Below, piece after piece: positions 31,689-41,502 of a DNA stretch of 64,000 bases. Under the pieces are notes generated by a model. That model was not told the origin of the DNA. It saw only the letters and a list, made by a program, of their open reading frames with translations, and did not search any database. The number at the start of each line of letters is the position of its first letter. Within the stretch, counting starts at the first letter, position 1. Location: assembly GCA_002422165.1 (NCBI GenBank), contig DITQ01000010.1, forward strand, positions 56,595-120,594, given 5' to 3'. This stretch comes from Candidatus Pacebacteria bacterium UBA6180. Lineage in GTDB: Bacteria > Patescibacteriota > Microgenomatia > UBA1400 > PJMF01. Made by a program: the position numbers and the translations under genes.

Positions 31689-32489
31689 ATGCTATTTTTT
31701 GAATTAGCTTTGGTTTTTATTTGCTCCTACTTTTTGGCGATCCTAGCTAGCTTTTTTAATGTGGTTATTTTTCGTACAGCCAGAGAAGAGTCTTTTGTTG
31801 GGGGTCGTTCTAAATGTGAGCACTGTGGGAAGCAAATCAGTTGGCGAGACAATCTACCCATCTACTCTTTTATTATGCTTGCTGGTAGGTGTCGAAGCTG
31901 TCACAGTCAAATATCTAGGAGACATTTCATCAGCGAATTATTAGCTTTTGTTAGCGGCTGGTTTTTCTATTTTGGTTTATTGCATGCACAAGCTTTACAG
32001 GGTTTACCAATAGGGCAGCTGATTGTCTATTTTTTATGCTTTTTTGTGTTGGCTTTCATAGTTTGGGCAGATCTACAGTATTTTTTGGTTCCAGATTTTC
32101 TAGTAATTTTGCTGACAATTTTTACGGTGATTTTGCTCTTTTTGACTGAGAGTGCTTGGCAAACTGCGTTGTTAGCAGTAATTTTCTCTTGTGCTGTTTT
32201 TGCCATGATTTACTTGGTGGCGCGCAAATTTTTAGCCAAAGAAGCCCTGGGCTTAGGTGATTTGAAATTGATGGTCCCCTTGTCTTTGCTGCTTTCTTGG
32301 CCGCTAATTCTTGTCAATATTTTTTTAGCGTTCATTTTAGGTGGGATTTTTGCTATGATTGCTTTAGTTACAGGTCGTAAAAAATTTGGCCAAGCGTTGC
32401 CTTTTGCTCCTTTCCTTGTTTTGGCAGCGTTGATTAGCTTGTTTTATGGTAAGTTTTTGATCGACTGGTATTTAGGTTTTTTGTTATAA
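31689..32489 (+). CDS. pilD: Prepilin peptidase
   Basis: RSKCEHC..GRCRSC, WADL, GLGDLKL, LPFAPFL. Confidence 0.93.
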   Translation: MLFFELALVFICSYFLAILASFFNVVIFRTAREESFVGGRSKCEHCGKQISWRDNLPIYSFIMLAGRCRSCHSQISRRHFISELLAFVSGWFFYFGLLHAQALQGLPIGQLIVYFLCFFVLAFIVWADLQYFLVPDFLVILLTIFTVILLFLTESAWQTALLAVIFSCAVFAMIYLVARKFLAKEALGLGDLKLMVPLSLLLSWPLILVNIFLAFILGGIFAMIALVTGRKKFGQALPFAPFLVLAALISLFYGKFLIDWYLGFLL

Positions 32490-32499
32490 AAATAAATTT

Positions 32500-33501
32500 A
32501 TGCGTATCATAAAGTTTTTTTTAGCAGCTCTCTTAGGCACGATTATTATTGGAGGATTGGTTATATTGGTTCTTCGCGAAGTAGTTTTGGTGGCGGGCGC
32601 ATCTTCCTTATCTGGAGACTATAAGAGCTTGCTAAATAAAAACTATAGCCAAGAGTGTATGCGCCAGCACGGTTATGTCCAAGATTATTTCACGCAAATT
32701 CGTTTCACTTCCAACAGAGAATATAAGACCGAGGTTGTCTGTGCTGATTTTACCTCCACGCCAATTGTTTTAGAAAGTAAAAAATTGCCGATATTGTTAT
32801 TCAAAACCTCAATTGGTTCTGGCTTTGTGATTGATGAGCGAAAGTTGCCTTCGACAATTAAATTGAGTTCTCTAGGTCGGAAGATTTTTGTCTATACAGA
32901 GAATGGTCAAATGCACAGCAACTACCTGCGACCAGCAGATTTAGATTATGAGCTGGGGCCAGTTAGTGTCTGTCAGGCCCACGATTACCAGTGTTGCGAT
33001 CTGGATGTTCAGAGTGGCGAAGGAGAACAACTAACCAGAGTTAACGATTGCCCAAAGAGTTGCTATACCAGCTGTTTGTTGAGGCCAGTAGTGTTGTCTT
33101 TCAATACTCGCCCCGCGCTTGATACAGAAACGCGCATTGTCGAAGTGCGCGCAAATGAATTGGTCACTTTTTCTTACGTAGTTGGTGATGGTAAAACTGA
33201 TGTTTTTGCTGGTCAAATTGCCAAAAATGAAGAGTTAAATTTACTAGAAAAAATGCAAGCTTTAATCGCAGGTCCCAAATCAAGTAAAGCTGGCGGTTTA
33301 TCTTTACCAGTTACAGTGACAATAGACTTTGGTGATGGAGAGATTTGGCAAAGCAATAAGTTACAAGACACCATTGATCATCAATACGCTTGTACTAGTC
33401 AAACTTGCGTTTTTCAGGTCAAATTAAGTGCAAGTGACAGCCGTGGAGTCTTGTCAGTTGGTAATGAATTGACTAGAATGATTATTAAGGTGGACAGGTA
33501 A
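32500..33501 (+). CDS. Membrane-anchored Cys-rich protein with PKD-like C-terminal domain
   Basis: N-terminal TM, Cys cluster, IDFGDG..HQY motif. Confidence 0.7.
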   Translation: MRIIKFFLAALLGTIIIGGLVILVLREVVLVAGASSLSGDYKSLLNKNYSQECMRQHGYVQDYFTQIRFTSNREYKTEVVCADFTSTPIVLESKKLPILLFKTSIGSGFVIDERKLPSTIKLSSLGRKIFVYTENGQMHSNYLRPADLDYELGPVSVCQAHDYQCCDLDVQSGEGEQLTRVNDCPKSCYTSCLLRPVVLSFNTRPALDTETRIVEVRANELVTFSYVVGDGKTDVFAGQIAKNEELNLLEKMQALIAGPKSSKAGGLSLPVTVTIDFGDGEIWQSNKLQDTIDHQYACTSQTCVFQVKLSASDSRGVLSVGNELTRMIIKVDR

Positions 33502-33515
33502 CAGAATTCAAGATC

Positions 33516-33935
33516 ATGAAAAAAAACAAACAAAAAGGTTTTACTCTTCTAGAAATCCTTGTGGTTATTTCGATTATTGGCATTTTGGTGGCACTGGGAA
33601 CAGCGGCTTTTTCGACCACTCAGAAGAAAAGTCGCGATGCACGACGTAAATCTGACCTTAAGGCTGTCCAGAACGGTTTAGAACAATATCACGCCAAAGT
33701 TGGCTCCTACCCGACATCATCTGAAGAGGCAAATGACGAGACAATTTTCCCAGCTGGTCTGCCTGAAGACCCTAGAAATATTAGTCCAAATACCTACACA
33801 ATCAACTTTAATAGTGATTCTTTCTGCGTCTGTGCCCTTTTGGAAAATAGTGCGGGCAATGCTGCCAACCTGCCTTCTGGTTCTGCTTGTGAGTACGGCA
33901 GTGGCAACTATTATTGTCTGGGGAATCTGCAATGA
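33516..33935 (+). CDS. Type IV pilin / GspG-like
   Basis: KG|FTLLEILVV, RDARRKSDL. Confidence 0.92.
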   Translation: MKKNKQKGFTLLEILVVISIIGILVALGTAAFSTTQKKSRDARRKSDLKAVQNGLEQYHAKVGSYPTSSEEANDETIFPAGLPEDPRNISPNTYTINFNSDSFCVCALLENSAGNAANLPSGSACEYGSGNYYCLGNLQ

Positions 33936-34336
33936 ACAAAAAAAATCGTGGCTTCACGATGATTGAATTATTGGTGGTGGCGACGGTGATTATTTTATTA
34001 ACAGCGATAGGCTTAGTTTCCTTTAGTCAGACAGTGCGTAGTAGCCGCAATGCCAAGCGCAAAGCCGATTTGGAGACTGTTAGACAAGCCCTAGTGCTAT
34101 ACAAACAAGACCACACTTATTATTCTGACAATACTAGTTTGAACTTTGATAGCTTAGTTGGCGAACTACATGCGGCAGAATACCTAACAGAATCAACCAT
34201 AGTGGATCCTAAGAACACGATTCCTTACACCTATCAAGCGATTTGCTCGACAGTCAGTGGCCCGAATTGCATCAAGGTGACTTTGCGAGCGGTGCTAGAG
34301 CCAGATGAGCAAACCTATGACCTTATCGCTCTCTAA
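33932..34336 (+). CDS. Type IV pilin / GspG-like
   Basis: RG|FTMIELLVV, RNAKRKADL; ATGA overlap with the upstream stop. Confidence 0.9.
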   Translation: MNKKNRGFTMIELLVVATVIILLTAIGLVSFSQTVRSSRNAKRKADLETVRQALVLYKQDHTYYSDNTSLNFDSLVGELHAAEYLTESTIVDPKNTIPYTYQAICSTVSGPNCIKVTLRAVLEPDEQTYDLIAL

Positions 34337-34844
34337 GAGACAATCCAATGCAGCTTTCACTCTAATTGAGATGACAATCGCTGTTTCTGTGATGGTTATT
34401 TCCTTGTTAATTGGTTTAGCCAACTATTTACGTTTTCTAGACAAACAGCGTCTTTATCAGGCAGGGGCAAATGTAGAGATAATGCTTAAGGATGGTCGTT
34501 CCAAAGCGCAAAATGGATATTTAGGTAGTGAGGAGTTGGGTTATTGCACACAACTGGCGGGAGTAGAGATTAGTTCTGCGACCGATGTTAGCGGTCGAAT
34601 TTCAATTATTGGGCGCTTGAGTTGTGCTGACGATAGCTCTTTGATTTATGAAAGCTTCACTCTTGAGCAAGCGGAAGTTGCTATCGACCAGCACTTTCAG
34701 ATTATATTTTTACCTTCTCGGGGAGCTCGTTTGACCCTTGGTGGAGCTACGACCAGTAGTGGCGCTGCTGTGCTTAGTCAGCGTGATAGTGCAGTTATTT
34801 TTAATTTAGATCAGGGAGGAACGATTGATGTCAGTTATCAGTAG
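34305..34844 (+). CDS. Minor pilin (FimT/GspH-like)
   Basis: AA|FTLIEMTI; start could be ATG 34317. Confidence 0.82.
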   Translation: MSKPMTLSLSKRQSNAAFTLIEMTIAVSVMVISLLIGLANYLRFLDKQRLYQAGANVEIMLKDGRSKAQNGYLGSEELGYCTQLAGVEISSATDVSGRISIIGRLSCADDSSLIYESFTLEQAEVAIDQHFQIIFLPSRGARLTLGGATTSSGAAVLSQRDSAVIFNLDQGGTIDVSYQ

Positions 34845-35325
34845 AGCAGCTGTGGGAGAACCCATCGCTCACCGCGCGCAGCGCGGTTCTACTCTAGTAG
34901 AAATTTTAGTGGCGGTGACCATCATCTCTCTGGTGTTGACGGCGGTTTCAGCAATGATTTCCATGTCTGTTAAGCTAGCGGAAAGTAACGAAAAAAAACA
35001 ACTAGCATTGCAAAAAGCTGAAGAAGCAATGGAGTTTTTTCGCAAAGAACGAGTGATTTCTAGTTGGTATAGTTTTTCTACTCCTCTGACTGATGGGGCA
35101 ACTTATTGTGTAAGTAGTTTGCCAGAAGATGTTGCTAGTTTGTCAGCGAAGTTAGGTGGTTGTAGCAATAGCGACACGATGGAAGCTGCGCGATATAGCT
35201 TCCAGCGTCAGGCAGTTGTCAATTTTAACAGCGTCAATCGACTTAATATACAGATAGAGATGCTCTGGAATGATGGCTCTAAGGCAAAGAACTTAGTTTT
35301 AGAGCAGAGCTTTGAGAATTATTAG
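34828..35325 (+). CDS. Minor pilin (PilV-like)
   Basis: RG|STLVEILVAV. Confidence 0.82.
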   Translation: MSVISRAAVGEPIAHRAQRGSTLVEILVAVTIISLVLTAVSAMISMSVKLAESNEKKQLALQKAEEAMEFFRKERVISSWYSFSTPLTDGATYCVSSLPEDVASLSAKLGGCSNSDTMEAARYSFQRQAVVNFNSVNRLNIQIEMLWNDGSKAKNLVLEQSFENY

Positions 35326-35874
35326 TTAATTTCTTGTTACCACGCCACTACCAAAATCCAGACTACTCGTTCTTGGGTTGTTCTCTATTTCGTCAGAACC
35401 AACTTTTAAATTAAAGTTGACTTCAATGTATTTTTTTCCCTCTTCTGTCGGGTAACAAGTAAAGAGTAAGTTTTGAACATAATCTGTACTTAGACTGCTG
35501 CCTTCAGTCAAGTAATATTTGCCATTTGCAGATATAGAGGCGATGCGATCATCTTCTTCACGGATAATAGTTTCCAAATCATCGCTGCCGATAATAGATA
35601 TGTAGTCAAGTTGAGTTTCACTCTCGCAGGGTGAAGTGATTTCGTTTGCGTTGCGCAGCATGTCAATGATCTGACGAGTAGCGTTGCCACCGGACTCACG
35701 CAAGTTTTGACTGATACGGCTTTTGTATGCGGTGGCCAGGAAAGTGATAAAAAGGCTGCTGATGGCTAAAAGTAGCAAAGCTGTGACGCCAGTGGTGATA
35801 AGCAGCTCAAGTAAAGTAAAGGCGCGCTGAGAGATGGTGGAAAATAAAGTGGTTTTCGAAGCAGATCGAGACAT
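35326..35874 (-). CDS. Minor pilin (PilW-like)
   Basis: RA|FTLLELLIT; convergent with the preceding pilin. Confidence 0.82.
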   Translation of the reverse strand: MSRSASKTTLFSTISQRAFTLLELLITTGVTALLLLAISSLFITFLATAYKSRISQNLRESGGNATRQIIDMLRNANEITSPCESETQLDYISIIGSDDLETIIREEDDRIASISANGKYYLTEGSSLSTDYVQNLLFTCYPTEEGKKYIEVNFNLKVGSDEIENNPRTSSLDFGSGVVTRN

Positions 35875-35935
35875 AGATAAATTCGTAGTTGATTTTTGCT
35901 ACATGCCCACTATTTTTTTGCAACTTTTTAATTGC

Positions 35936-37732
35936 CTACTGTGTGATTAACCGTGGATTGATTTCGCGCCAATTGCTAGTACTAGCCTTGAGTTTGACTG
36001 GCCAGTTGAATAGTAGATCGGAACGATAGATGAAATTTTCGATCGCTTGGTTGTTATTGAGAATGGGGCCAAGATTTCCATCATCAAATGTACGGTTGAG
36101 AGTGACGCCGCCCCAGCCAACGAAGGTGCCAGCCCCGATGAACTTGCGATCAGGAGGAACTTCGCCGATGTCGGTTTTGCTTTGCAGGATTAGGCTATCA
36201 TTGGCGATGAAAACACCTTCTAAATTGCTGTTCGCTATAGCAACCACAGGCACTGTAGGCGTATTAGGATCGAGCTCATAGCCGATATTTGGTGTAATCC
36301 AGATGTCACCGCTAGCGATGAAGGCCAGGAAGCCTCCGTTGGCAACGCTTGTGATTTTGCGATTAGTGTCTCCAGGATTGCTGTCATCGAAGGTCAAGCG
36401 GCCGTCGACAAAGACGACCAGCTGTTGGCCACTAGACAGAAAGAAACCTTGGCTTTCATCAATGCTGACATTGCCATTGATTTTGACATAGTTAACCTCA
36501 TCAGGTTGCCACCAGGGGGCAGAAGTAAAGTCACTGAGTAGAGGTTCCAGGTCTTCACCATTACCTATAGTGATAGCACTGTTTTCAGCTAGTCGGTAGA
36601 AATAGTCATAGGAAAGCGGTGCCAAATCAGTACGTAGAGCATAGGCATTACGGTTTTCAGGTCGAGATGTCAAATGAAGGTAAGAGTGATAGGCGCTACT
36701 GACGTTGCTGGTTTGAACGCGGCTTGGATCACTACTCGTGATAATCGTAAAGCCGCTGCTGAGAGGATTACTGCTGTTGCTGGGCAAGTTTAGGGCTGGT
36801 TGGCAGCCAGGATCGCCAGCACAAAAACTTTCGGGGATGGTGCTGGCGACTAAGTTGCTGGCAAAGAGATTGCCGCCGAAAACTTGAAACCAAGAAGTAT
36901 TGGAGAGACTGTATTCTCTTAGGTAAAAATTGACTCCTGCTAGTGGTGGATAAACGCCTGAGTAGCGACAGAGATAGGGGTCAGTGACACTGATTGGCGC
37001 AGGACAGGAACAAACGTAATTGGTTCCAACCTGATTGGTAAGATCTAGAGTAACGGTGTAACCAGTGCCCGTCATGACATTGGAGATGCTGTAGTTACTA
37101 GGATTAGCGAAGCTAAAGGTGGCATCCTGGGTGGTTTGGCTCGGGGCCGACGCACGCAGGGTAATGTTTGATAAGTTATTGATCGGGGAAGCGCTGGCCT
37201 GGGTGCAATAAGCGCCACTGAGGGCAGCAGAAAGGTCGGTTTGAATTGAGCCCTGTATGAGACTGACAGTTGGGGTAGGTGTAGGTGTAGGTGTGCCTGT
37301 CGGGGGAGGTGTGCCTGTCGGGGGAGGTGTGCTACCACCACTTCCATCATCTTGCGGAGGCTCACAGTTACAGAGGACGTCGGCTTCCTCGTATATGCAG
37401 TTGCCACCAACCTCCGAGCAGTCACTGCATCGAACTTCATTACAACAAACTCCAGAGACAGGGTAAAAATTATTTGGATCGCTTGGGTCAGTGCAAGCAC
37501 CGCTGTCAAAGCACTCATAAGTTGCACATTGAGCCGGAGCTGGAGGTGGATTACTTGGGCAATTCGCATCACTTGAATAATTTAAGGTATGGGAATAAAT
37601 AACCGTTTGGGTACCGCAGTAGCCGCTACATTCACCCCAGACGGTGTCGTTGCATGCTGCTAAAGCTTGATTATTTGTAGTTAATAAAATTAGAAATAAT
37701 ACGGTAGTAATTATGGTTGATTTTAATCGCAT
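35936..37732 (-). CDS. Secreted Cys-rich protein with Pro/Thr linker (adhesin-like)
   Basis: Signal peptide, Cys-rich N-domain, TPPPTG repeats, beta-rich C-domain ending NWREI. Confidence 0.7.
   Translation of the reverse strand: MRLKSTIITTVLFLILLTTNNQALAACNDTVWGECSGYCGTQTVIYSHTLNYSSDANCPSNPPPAPAQCATYECFDSGACTDPSDPNNFYPVSGVCCNEVRCSDCSEVGGNCIYEEADVLCNCEPPQDDGSGGSTPPPTGTPPPTGTPTPTPTPTVSLIQGSIQTDLSAALSGAYCTQASASPINNLSNITLRASAPSQTTQDATFSFANPSNYSISNVMTGTGYTVTLDLTNQVGTNYVCSCPAPISVTDPYLCRYSGVYPPLAGVNFYLREYSLSNTSWFQVFGGNLFASNLVASTIPESFCAGDPGCQPALNLPSNSSNPLSSGFTIITSSDPSRVQTSNVSSAYHSYLHLTSRPENRNAYALRTDLAPLSYDYFYRLAENSAITIGNGEDLEPLLSDFTSAPWWQPDEVNYVKINGNVSIDESQGFFLSSGQQLVVFVDGRLTFDDSNPGDTNRKITSVANGGFLAFIASGDIWITPNIGYELDPNTPTVPVVAIANSNLEGVFIANDSLILQSKTDIGEVPPDRKFIGAGTFVGWGGVTLNRTFDDGNLGPILNNNQAIENFIYRSDLLFNWPVKLKASTSNWREINPRLITQ
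37290..37332. repeat. 18-bp in-frame tandem repeat (TPPPTG)
   Basis: ggtgtgcctgtcggggga x2 plus a partial copy. Confidence 0.85.
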
Positions 37733-38307
37733 AGATCAGTAACAATAATTTTCTTCACATAGTTGGTTCTAGCTTGATCAAAATCTTCAGTGAGCTGGAC
37801 TAAGAGAAAATTTAGTTGATTGCTTTTTTCGACGAAGTCAGTGAAACTAATGATTTTTTCTCCAGGAACAAACAAGGTTGCTCCATCCTTGACTGGAATT
37901 CGCAGGTTCTTCAGAGAATAACTTTTGCCAGTGTTGAGATCGGTATATGTTTCTGGCACACAGTAAACGCTTTGGCTAGGAGATAACTTTAGATCAACAG
38001 GTTCAAACAAACTACTCTGGGTAAAAGCGATAGCAGCCCTAATATTTAAGGTTTGTGAAGTCTCATCGTAGAAGTTGAAATAACCCTTCATTAAGGAATG
38101 GTTATTTAAGCCATCAGTGTTGTTAGATTTGATAACTTTAGAGGGGTTGATGCCTTTAGAATCAAGCGCAGTTTTTTCCCACTGACCAGTGAATTGGTTA
38201 TAGAAATCGCCTTCTATTTTATTACTTTGCTTGTTTTGGTAAAGGTAGTAATAAATGGCAAAAAAAGCCAAGGAAACGAGTAGTAAAACCAACCATGTTT
38301 TTTTCAC
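37723..38307 (-). CDS. Membrane-anchored hypothetical protein
   Basis: GTG start 6 nt after TAAACT; N-terminal TM. Confidence 0.75.
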   Translation of the reverse strand: MKKTWLVLLLVSLAFFAIYYYLYQNKQSNKIEGDFYNQFTGQWEKTALDSKGINPSKVIKSNNTDGLNNHSLMKGYFNFYDETSQTLNIRAAIAFTQSSLFEPVDLKLSPSQSVYCVPETYTDLNTGKSYSLKNLRIPVKDGATLFVPGEKIISFTDFVEKSNQLNFLLVQLTEDFDQARTNYVKKIIVTDLCD

Positions 38308-38351
38308 CTACTTAGTTTAGCACGATAGCGAAAGTTAAAGCAATTATATGA

Positions 38352-39974
38352 TTAGTTACCGGCTTCTAATACTAGCACTTTTGCTTCTAAAAGGGGTAAT
38401 TTATTGTTAACTTGGTTTCCAGTAATGACATTGTGAGTTTGACTTGATGGAGCTAGCCCCTCATAGTCAGTGGTTGGTTCTTTTCCGTCTGATTTGGGGT
38501 AGGATTGAGCAAATTCTGCTTTTTGATCCACTTCGTACATTACGTAGTACAATCTATTTATTTTGAGTGCTTTATAAAAATCGCTGATTTCCCTGATTTT
38601 TCCAAGGTTGGCAGCTTTGAAGTTGTCTCCATACAGATTAGGGGCTCCAGTTATCAATACTGTTGTAACTGAAAAGGGATCGCTTTCATTGATTACAAAT
38701 CCCATCAAGGTGCCAGCTACGCCAAAACCAGGAATATTTATTTCTCCAATCTCTTTTCCCAAAAAGAAAGTTGGAACCATGTTAACTTGTTTTCCGTATG
38801 CTTTATGTAAATATTCAGGATTAGTCAAGCCTTGAAGATTTGGGTCTGTTACCCACTGAGGATCAACTTTCTCTCCGGCCGGCCAAGGGAAATTGTCAAA
38901 ATTACCGAACATAATATTTTGCGAGCCTTCAATTCTAATCCACGATCCTTTATAGAAAACATGGGTGTACCCCTCGTTATCAACTACTCTTGGAAGAGTA
39001 TTGTCGATGGTTCGTTGTTCGGCGGAAGTGCCGTCGCTGACCGGCTTAAAATCTAGGGTAACAGGGTCGATATAAAATTTGTCACCATTTCTATCTGTAA
39101 AAATAATTGGGTTAGAACCTCTTCTCGCGTCCTTTTCTTTGTCCAGGGCAATGCTAAAGGTCTTGCGTTGTTCAAAGCTAAGAGAGCTGACATCAACGCT
39201 GCCTCCCTCCATAGCTTCATCTACCAATTTTTGGATTATTTCTGCTTCGCTTAGCACAACCACTTCAACTGTTGGAGAGGGTGGCTGAGTGGGAGCCTCC
39301 GCGGTCACAATCGGATCTTCCTGTGGTGGTGGCGGAGTCAAGCTGGGGTCAACTTCTCCTGGGAAGTTAGGAGCGCTTGCTTGGTTGGGATCAACATCAG
39401 CTTTGGGGGCAGAAAGTCCGCAGGCTAATTGCATCGCACCCAGAATTACAATTAAAGTTAAGCCTGCGTAAACGCCTTTAGGCATTGCGTAGAGTACTCT
39501 GTCAAATAATTCGGCAAAAGATGTAAATGGTTTTTTAAGTTCTTCCAGTAAATAACGTCGCATCAGAGCAGCTAATTCTGCCTCATTTTTTGGTGTGGAT
39601 TTTGATTCAACGGCAATGTTTTTGGCTTGTCGTTTGAGTTCTGCTACACGACTTCTAATTTGTTGCCAATTAGCTTGTAATGCTGCAGCAACTTCTATTG
39701 GCAAGTTCTTCTCGCTGATATCGAGAATTTGTTCATTTAATAAATAATTAAGTTGAAGAGCACGGGCGGTATCAATGGTTTGTTCTAAACCTTTTAGCTG
39801 TCTTTTCTTGGTTTTTCTAGCAAAAGCTTTTTTTCCAGACTCAAGAACTGAAGCTACTGTGGCCTGCTGAGGACTAAAGGGTTCGTGTTTATCTCTGTCG
39901 CCGCGAAGTTGTGAGCGAAAATTAATTTCTGCTCGCCTTTTCGAATCACTATTATGTAGTTCTTTTCTCCCCAT
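38352..39974 (-). CDS. Large hypothetical protein with internal TM/lipobox-like segment and Pro-rich linker
   Basis: 540 aa ORF; charged N-domain, hydrophobic stretch ending LACG. Confidence 0.75.
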   Translation of the reverse strand: MGRKELHNSDSKRRAEINFRSQLRGDRDKHEPFSPQQATVASVLESGKKAFARKTKKRQLKGLEQTIDTARALQLNYLLNEQILDISEKNLPIEVAAALQANWQQIRSRVAELKRQAKNIAVESKSTPKNEAELAALMRRYLLEELKKPFTSFAELFDRVLYAMPKGVYAGLTLIVILGAMQLACGLSAPKADVDPNQASAPNFPGEVDPSLTPPPPQEDPIVTAEAPTQPPSPTVEVVVLSEAEIIQKLVDEAMEGGSVDVSSLSFEQRKTFSIALDKEKDARRGSNPIIFTDRNGDKFYIDPVTLDFKPVSDGTSAEQRTIDNTLPRVVDNEGYTHVFYKGSWIRIEGSQNIMFGNFDNFPWPAGEKVDPQWVTDPNLQGLTNPEYLHKAYGKQVNMVPTFFLGKEIGEINIPGFGVAGTLMGFVINESDPFSVTTVLITGAPNLYGDNFKAANLGKIREISDFYKALKINRLYYVMYEVDQKAEFAQSYPKSDGKEPTTDYEGLAPSSQTHNVITGNQVNNKLPLLEAKVLVLEAGN

Positions 39975-40083
39975 TTTTCCTCACTTTCACTTCTTCTTCA
40001 CGAAGAAACAAAATTGATATTTTTTGACTGCGGTTTGCTGCAACACCTGAGTGAACAGTTAAAGTTTGATTCTACCTTATGTC

Positions 40084-41184
40084 CTATAACTTTGTCAAAT
40101 CCTCTACTAGCTCTTTAATTTTTTCCTTCCCCACCTGTTGCATCACCAGGACGTGGGCGAACTCATCGGAGATAGCCAGTTGCCATTTTTCGCAAATTTG
40201 CTTTGGTGGTTTCTGGAAATAGACAATGTTGGAGTACGGATTGAGCCAACTTGGCCAGGCGATGTCCTGGAGGCGCTGATGTAGGTACTTGGCGTTGGCT
40301 AGGCAGGCGCGGGCTTCTCGAGCGAAGCCCTGCCTGCCCCTAGTCTGAATAGCGTACCAGAGGAATAAAGGGGTGTGGCCGTTGCGACAGCCAGCGATGG
40401 TGGTGTCCAGCGAGCCGATGTAGTCGACGGCGTTGCCGACGCGCTCCACCAGCGATTTTCGCGCCAGGACGATCCCCACAGGCATGTGGGTACCGATAAA
40501 TTTGTGGCCAGAAATAGCTAGACTGCCGATGCTCTGACGAAAATCTGCCTGAGGGGCGCCGCTTAGGAAGGGCAAAGTCATACCGAAGAGGGCGGCGTCG
40601 CAGTGTAGGTGGAAGCGCTTGATGCCTTGTCGCTTGAGGACTGCTTCAGCCAAGTCGATTCGGTCAATTGCTCCGCGCATGGTGGTGCCAAGGTTGAGAT
40701 TGAGGAGGACGGGTAAGTGGCGGCGAGCGGCAATTTGCTGTTCTAGATCAGTGTAGTCGATCTCGCCGTGGGCTTGGGACTTAACCATCACGGTAGGGAT
40801 GCGCAGCAGGCGAGCAATTTTCTGAATCGAATAATGAGTGTCAGCGGAGAAGTACAGGACGCCTTCTGGGTAGAGTTGGCGGCCGACAAAAATTCCGTAA
40901 GTGTTGCCCTCAGTGCCGCCTGAAGTCAAGTAACCCCAGAAGTCTTCCTTGGGCATTCGGTAAAGCCGGCCAAAAAAGCGTAACGCCTCCTGCTCAAACT
41001 TTTCAGAATTGATCCGCCAACTAGAGGGAACAAAAGGATCACCAAGATTTATGAGAGCATAATCGAGAAAATCATAGAGGGGACGAAAATTAGCACTGGT
41101 GTTGATTGGATAGCCGAGCATGGAAGCAGTTTTGGCATCCATGTCTTTTTTGAACGAAGTAAGCCGCTGGTTGACTTTATCCAT
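40084..41184 (-). CDS. PLP-dependent group II decarboxylase, histidine/serine decarboxylase type
   Basis: LGYP.N, INLGDP, TSGGTEGN, THYS, LHCDAAL, ISGHKFIG, IAGCRNG. Confidence 0.9.
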   Translation of the reverse strand: MDKVNQRLTSFKKDMDAKTASMLGYPINTSANFRPLYDFLDYALINLGDPFVPSSWRINSEKFEQEALRFFGRLYRMPKEDFWGYLTSGGTEGNTYGIFVGRQLYPEGVLYFSADTHYSIQKIARLLRIPTVMVKSQAHGEIDYTDLEQQIAARRHLPVLLNLNLGTTMRGAIDRIDLAEAVLKRQGIKRFHLHCDAALFGMTLPFLSGAPQADFRQSIGSLAISGHKFIGTHMPVGIVLARKSLVERVGNAVDYIGSLDTTIAGCRNGHTPLFLWYAIQTRGRQGFAREARACLANAKYLHQRLQDIAWPSWLNPYSNIVYFQKPPKQICEKWQLAISDEFAHVLVMQQVGKEKIKELVEDLTKL

Positions 41185-41297
41185 GTATCATCTATGTTTC
41201 TATCACAAATGATCTCAACTTATCAATCTTGCGCTTCCTTTCCCAAGCAGGTATAATCAAACTCTTCTAAAGTCAAATCTAAAGAAAAAGGACACCT

Positions 41298-41453
41298 ATG
41301 GGAGCATTACCCAAGAACAAAATTACTCGAGTCGAGCAAGGTAAGCGTCGCGCGGGCAATAAAGCCCAAGTCAAAAAAGACCCTAAAGTCACCGCTATCC
41401 CTCTACACAAGCAGGGTTTCGTGGCTAGCATGCGCAAAAGCCTGGGTTTATAG
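41298..41453 (+). CDS. rpmF: 50S ribosomal protein L32 (Cys-free), below the ORF-track cutoff
   Basis: MGALPKNKITRVEQGKRRAG...; 51 aa; lies upstream of nusB-rnc. Confidence 0.8.
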   Translation: MGALPKNKITRVEQGKRRAGNKAQVKKDPKVTAIPLHKQGFVASMRKSLGL

Positions 41454-41502
41454 GTTTCTTTTGCCTATTGAAAAAGCCGTCGCTCTCCCCTAGTCTACCT
41501 AT

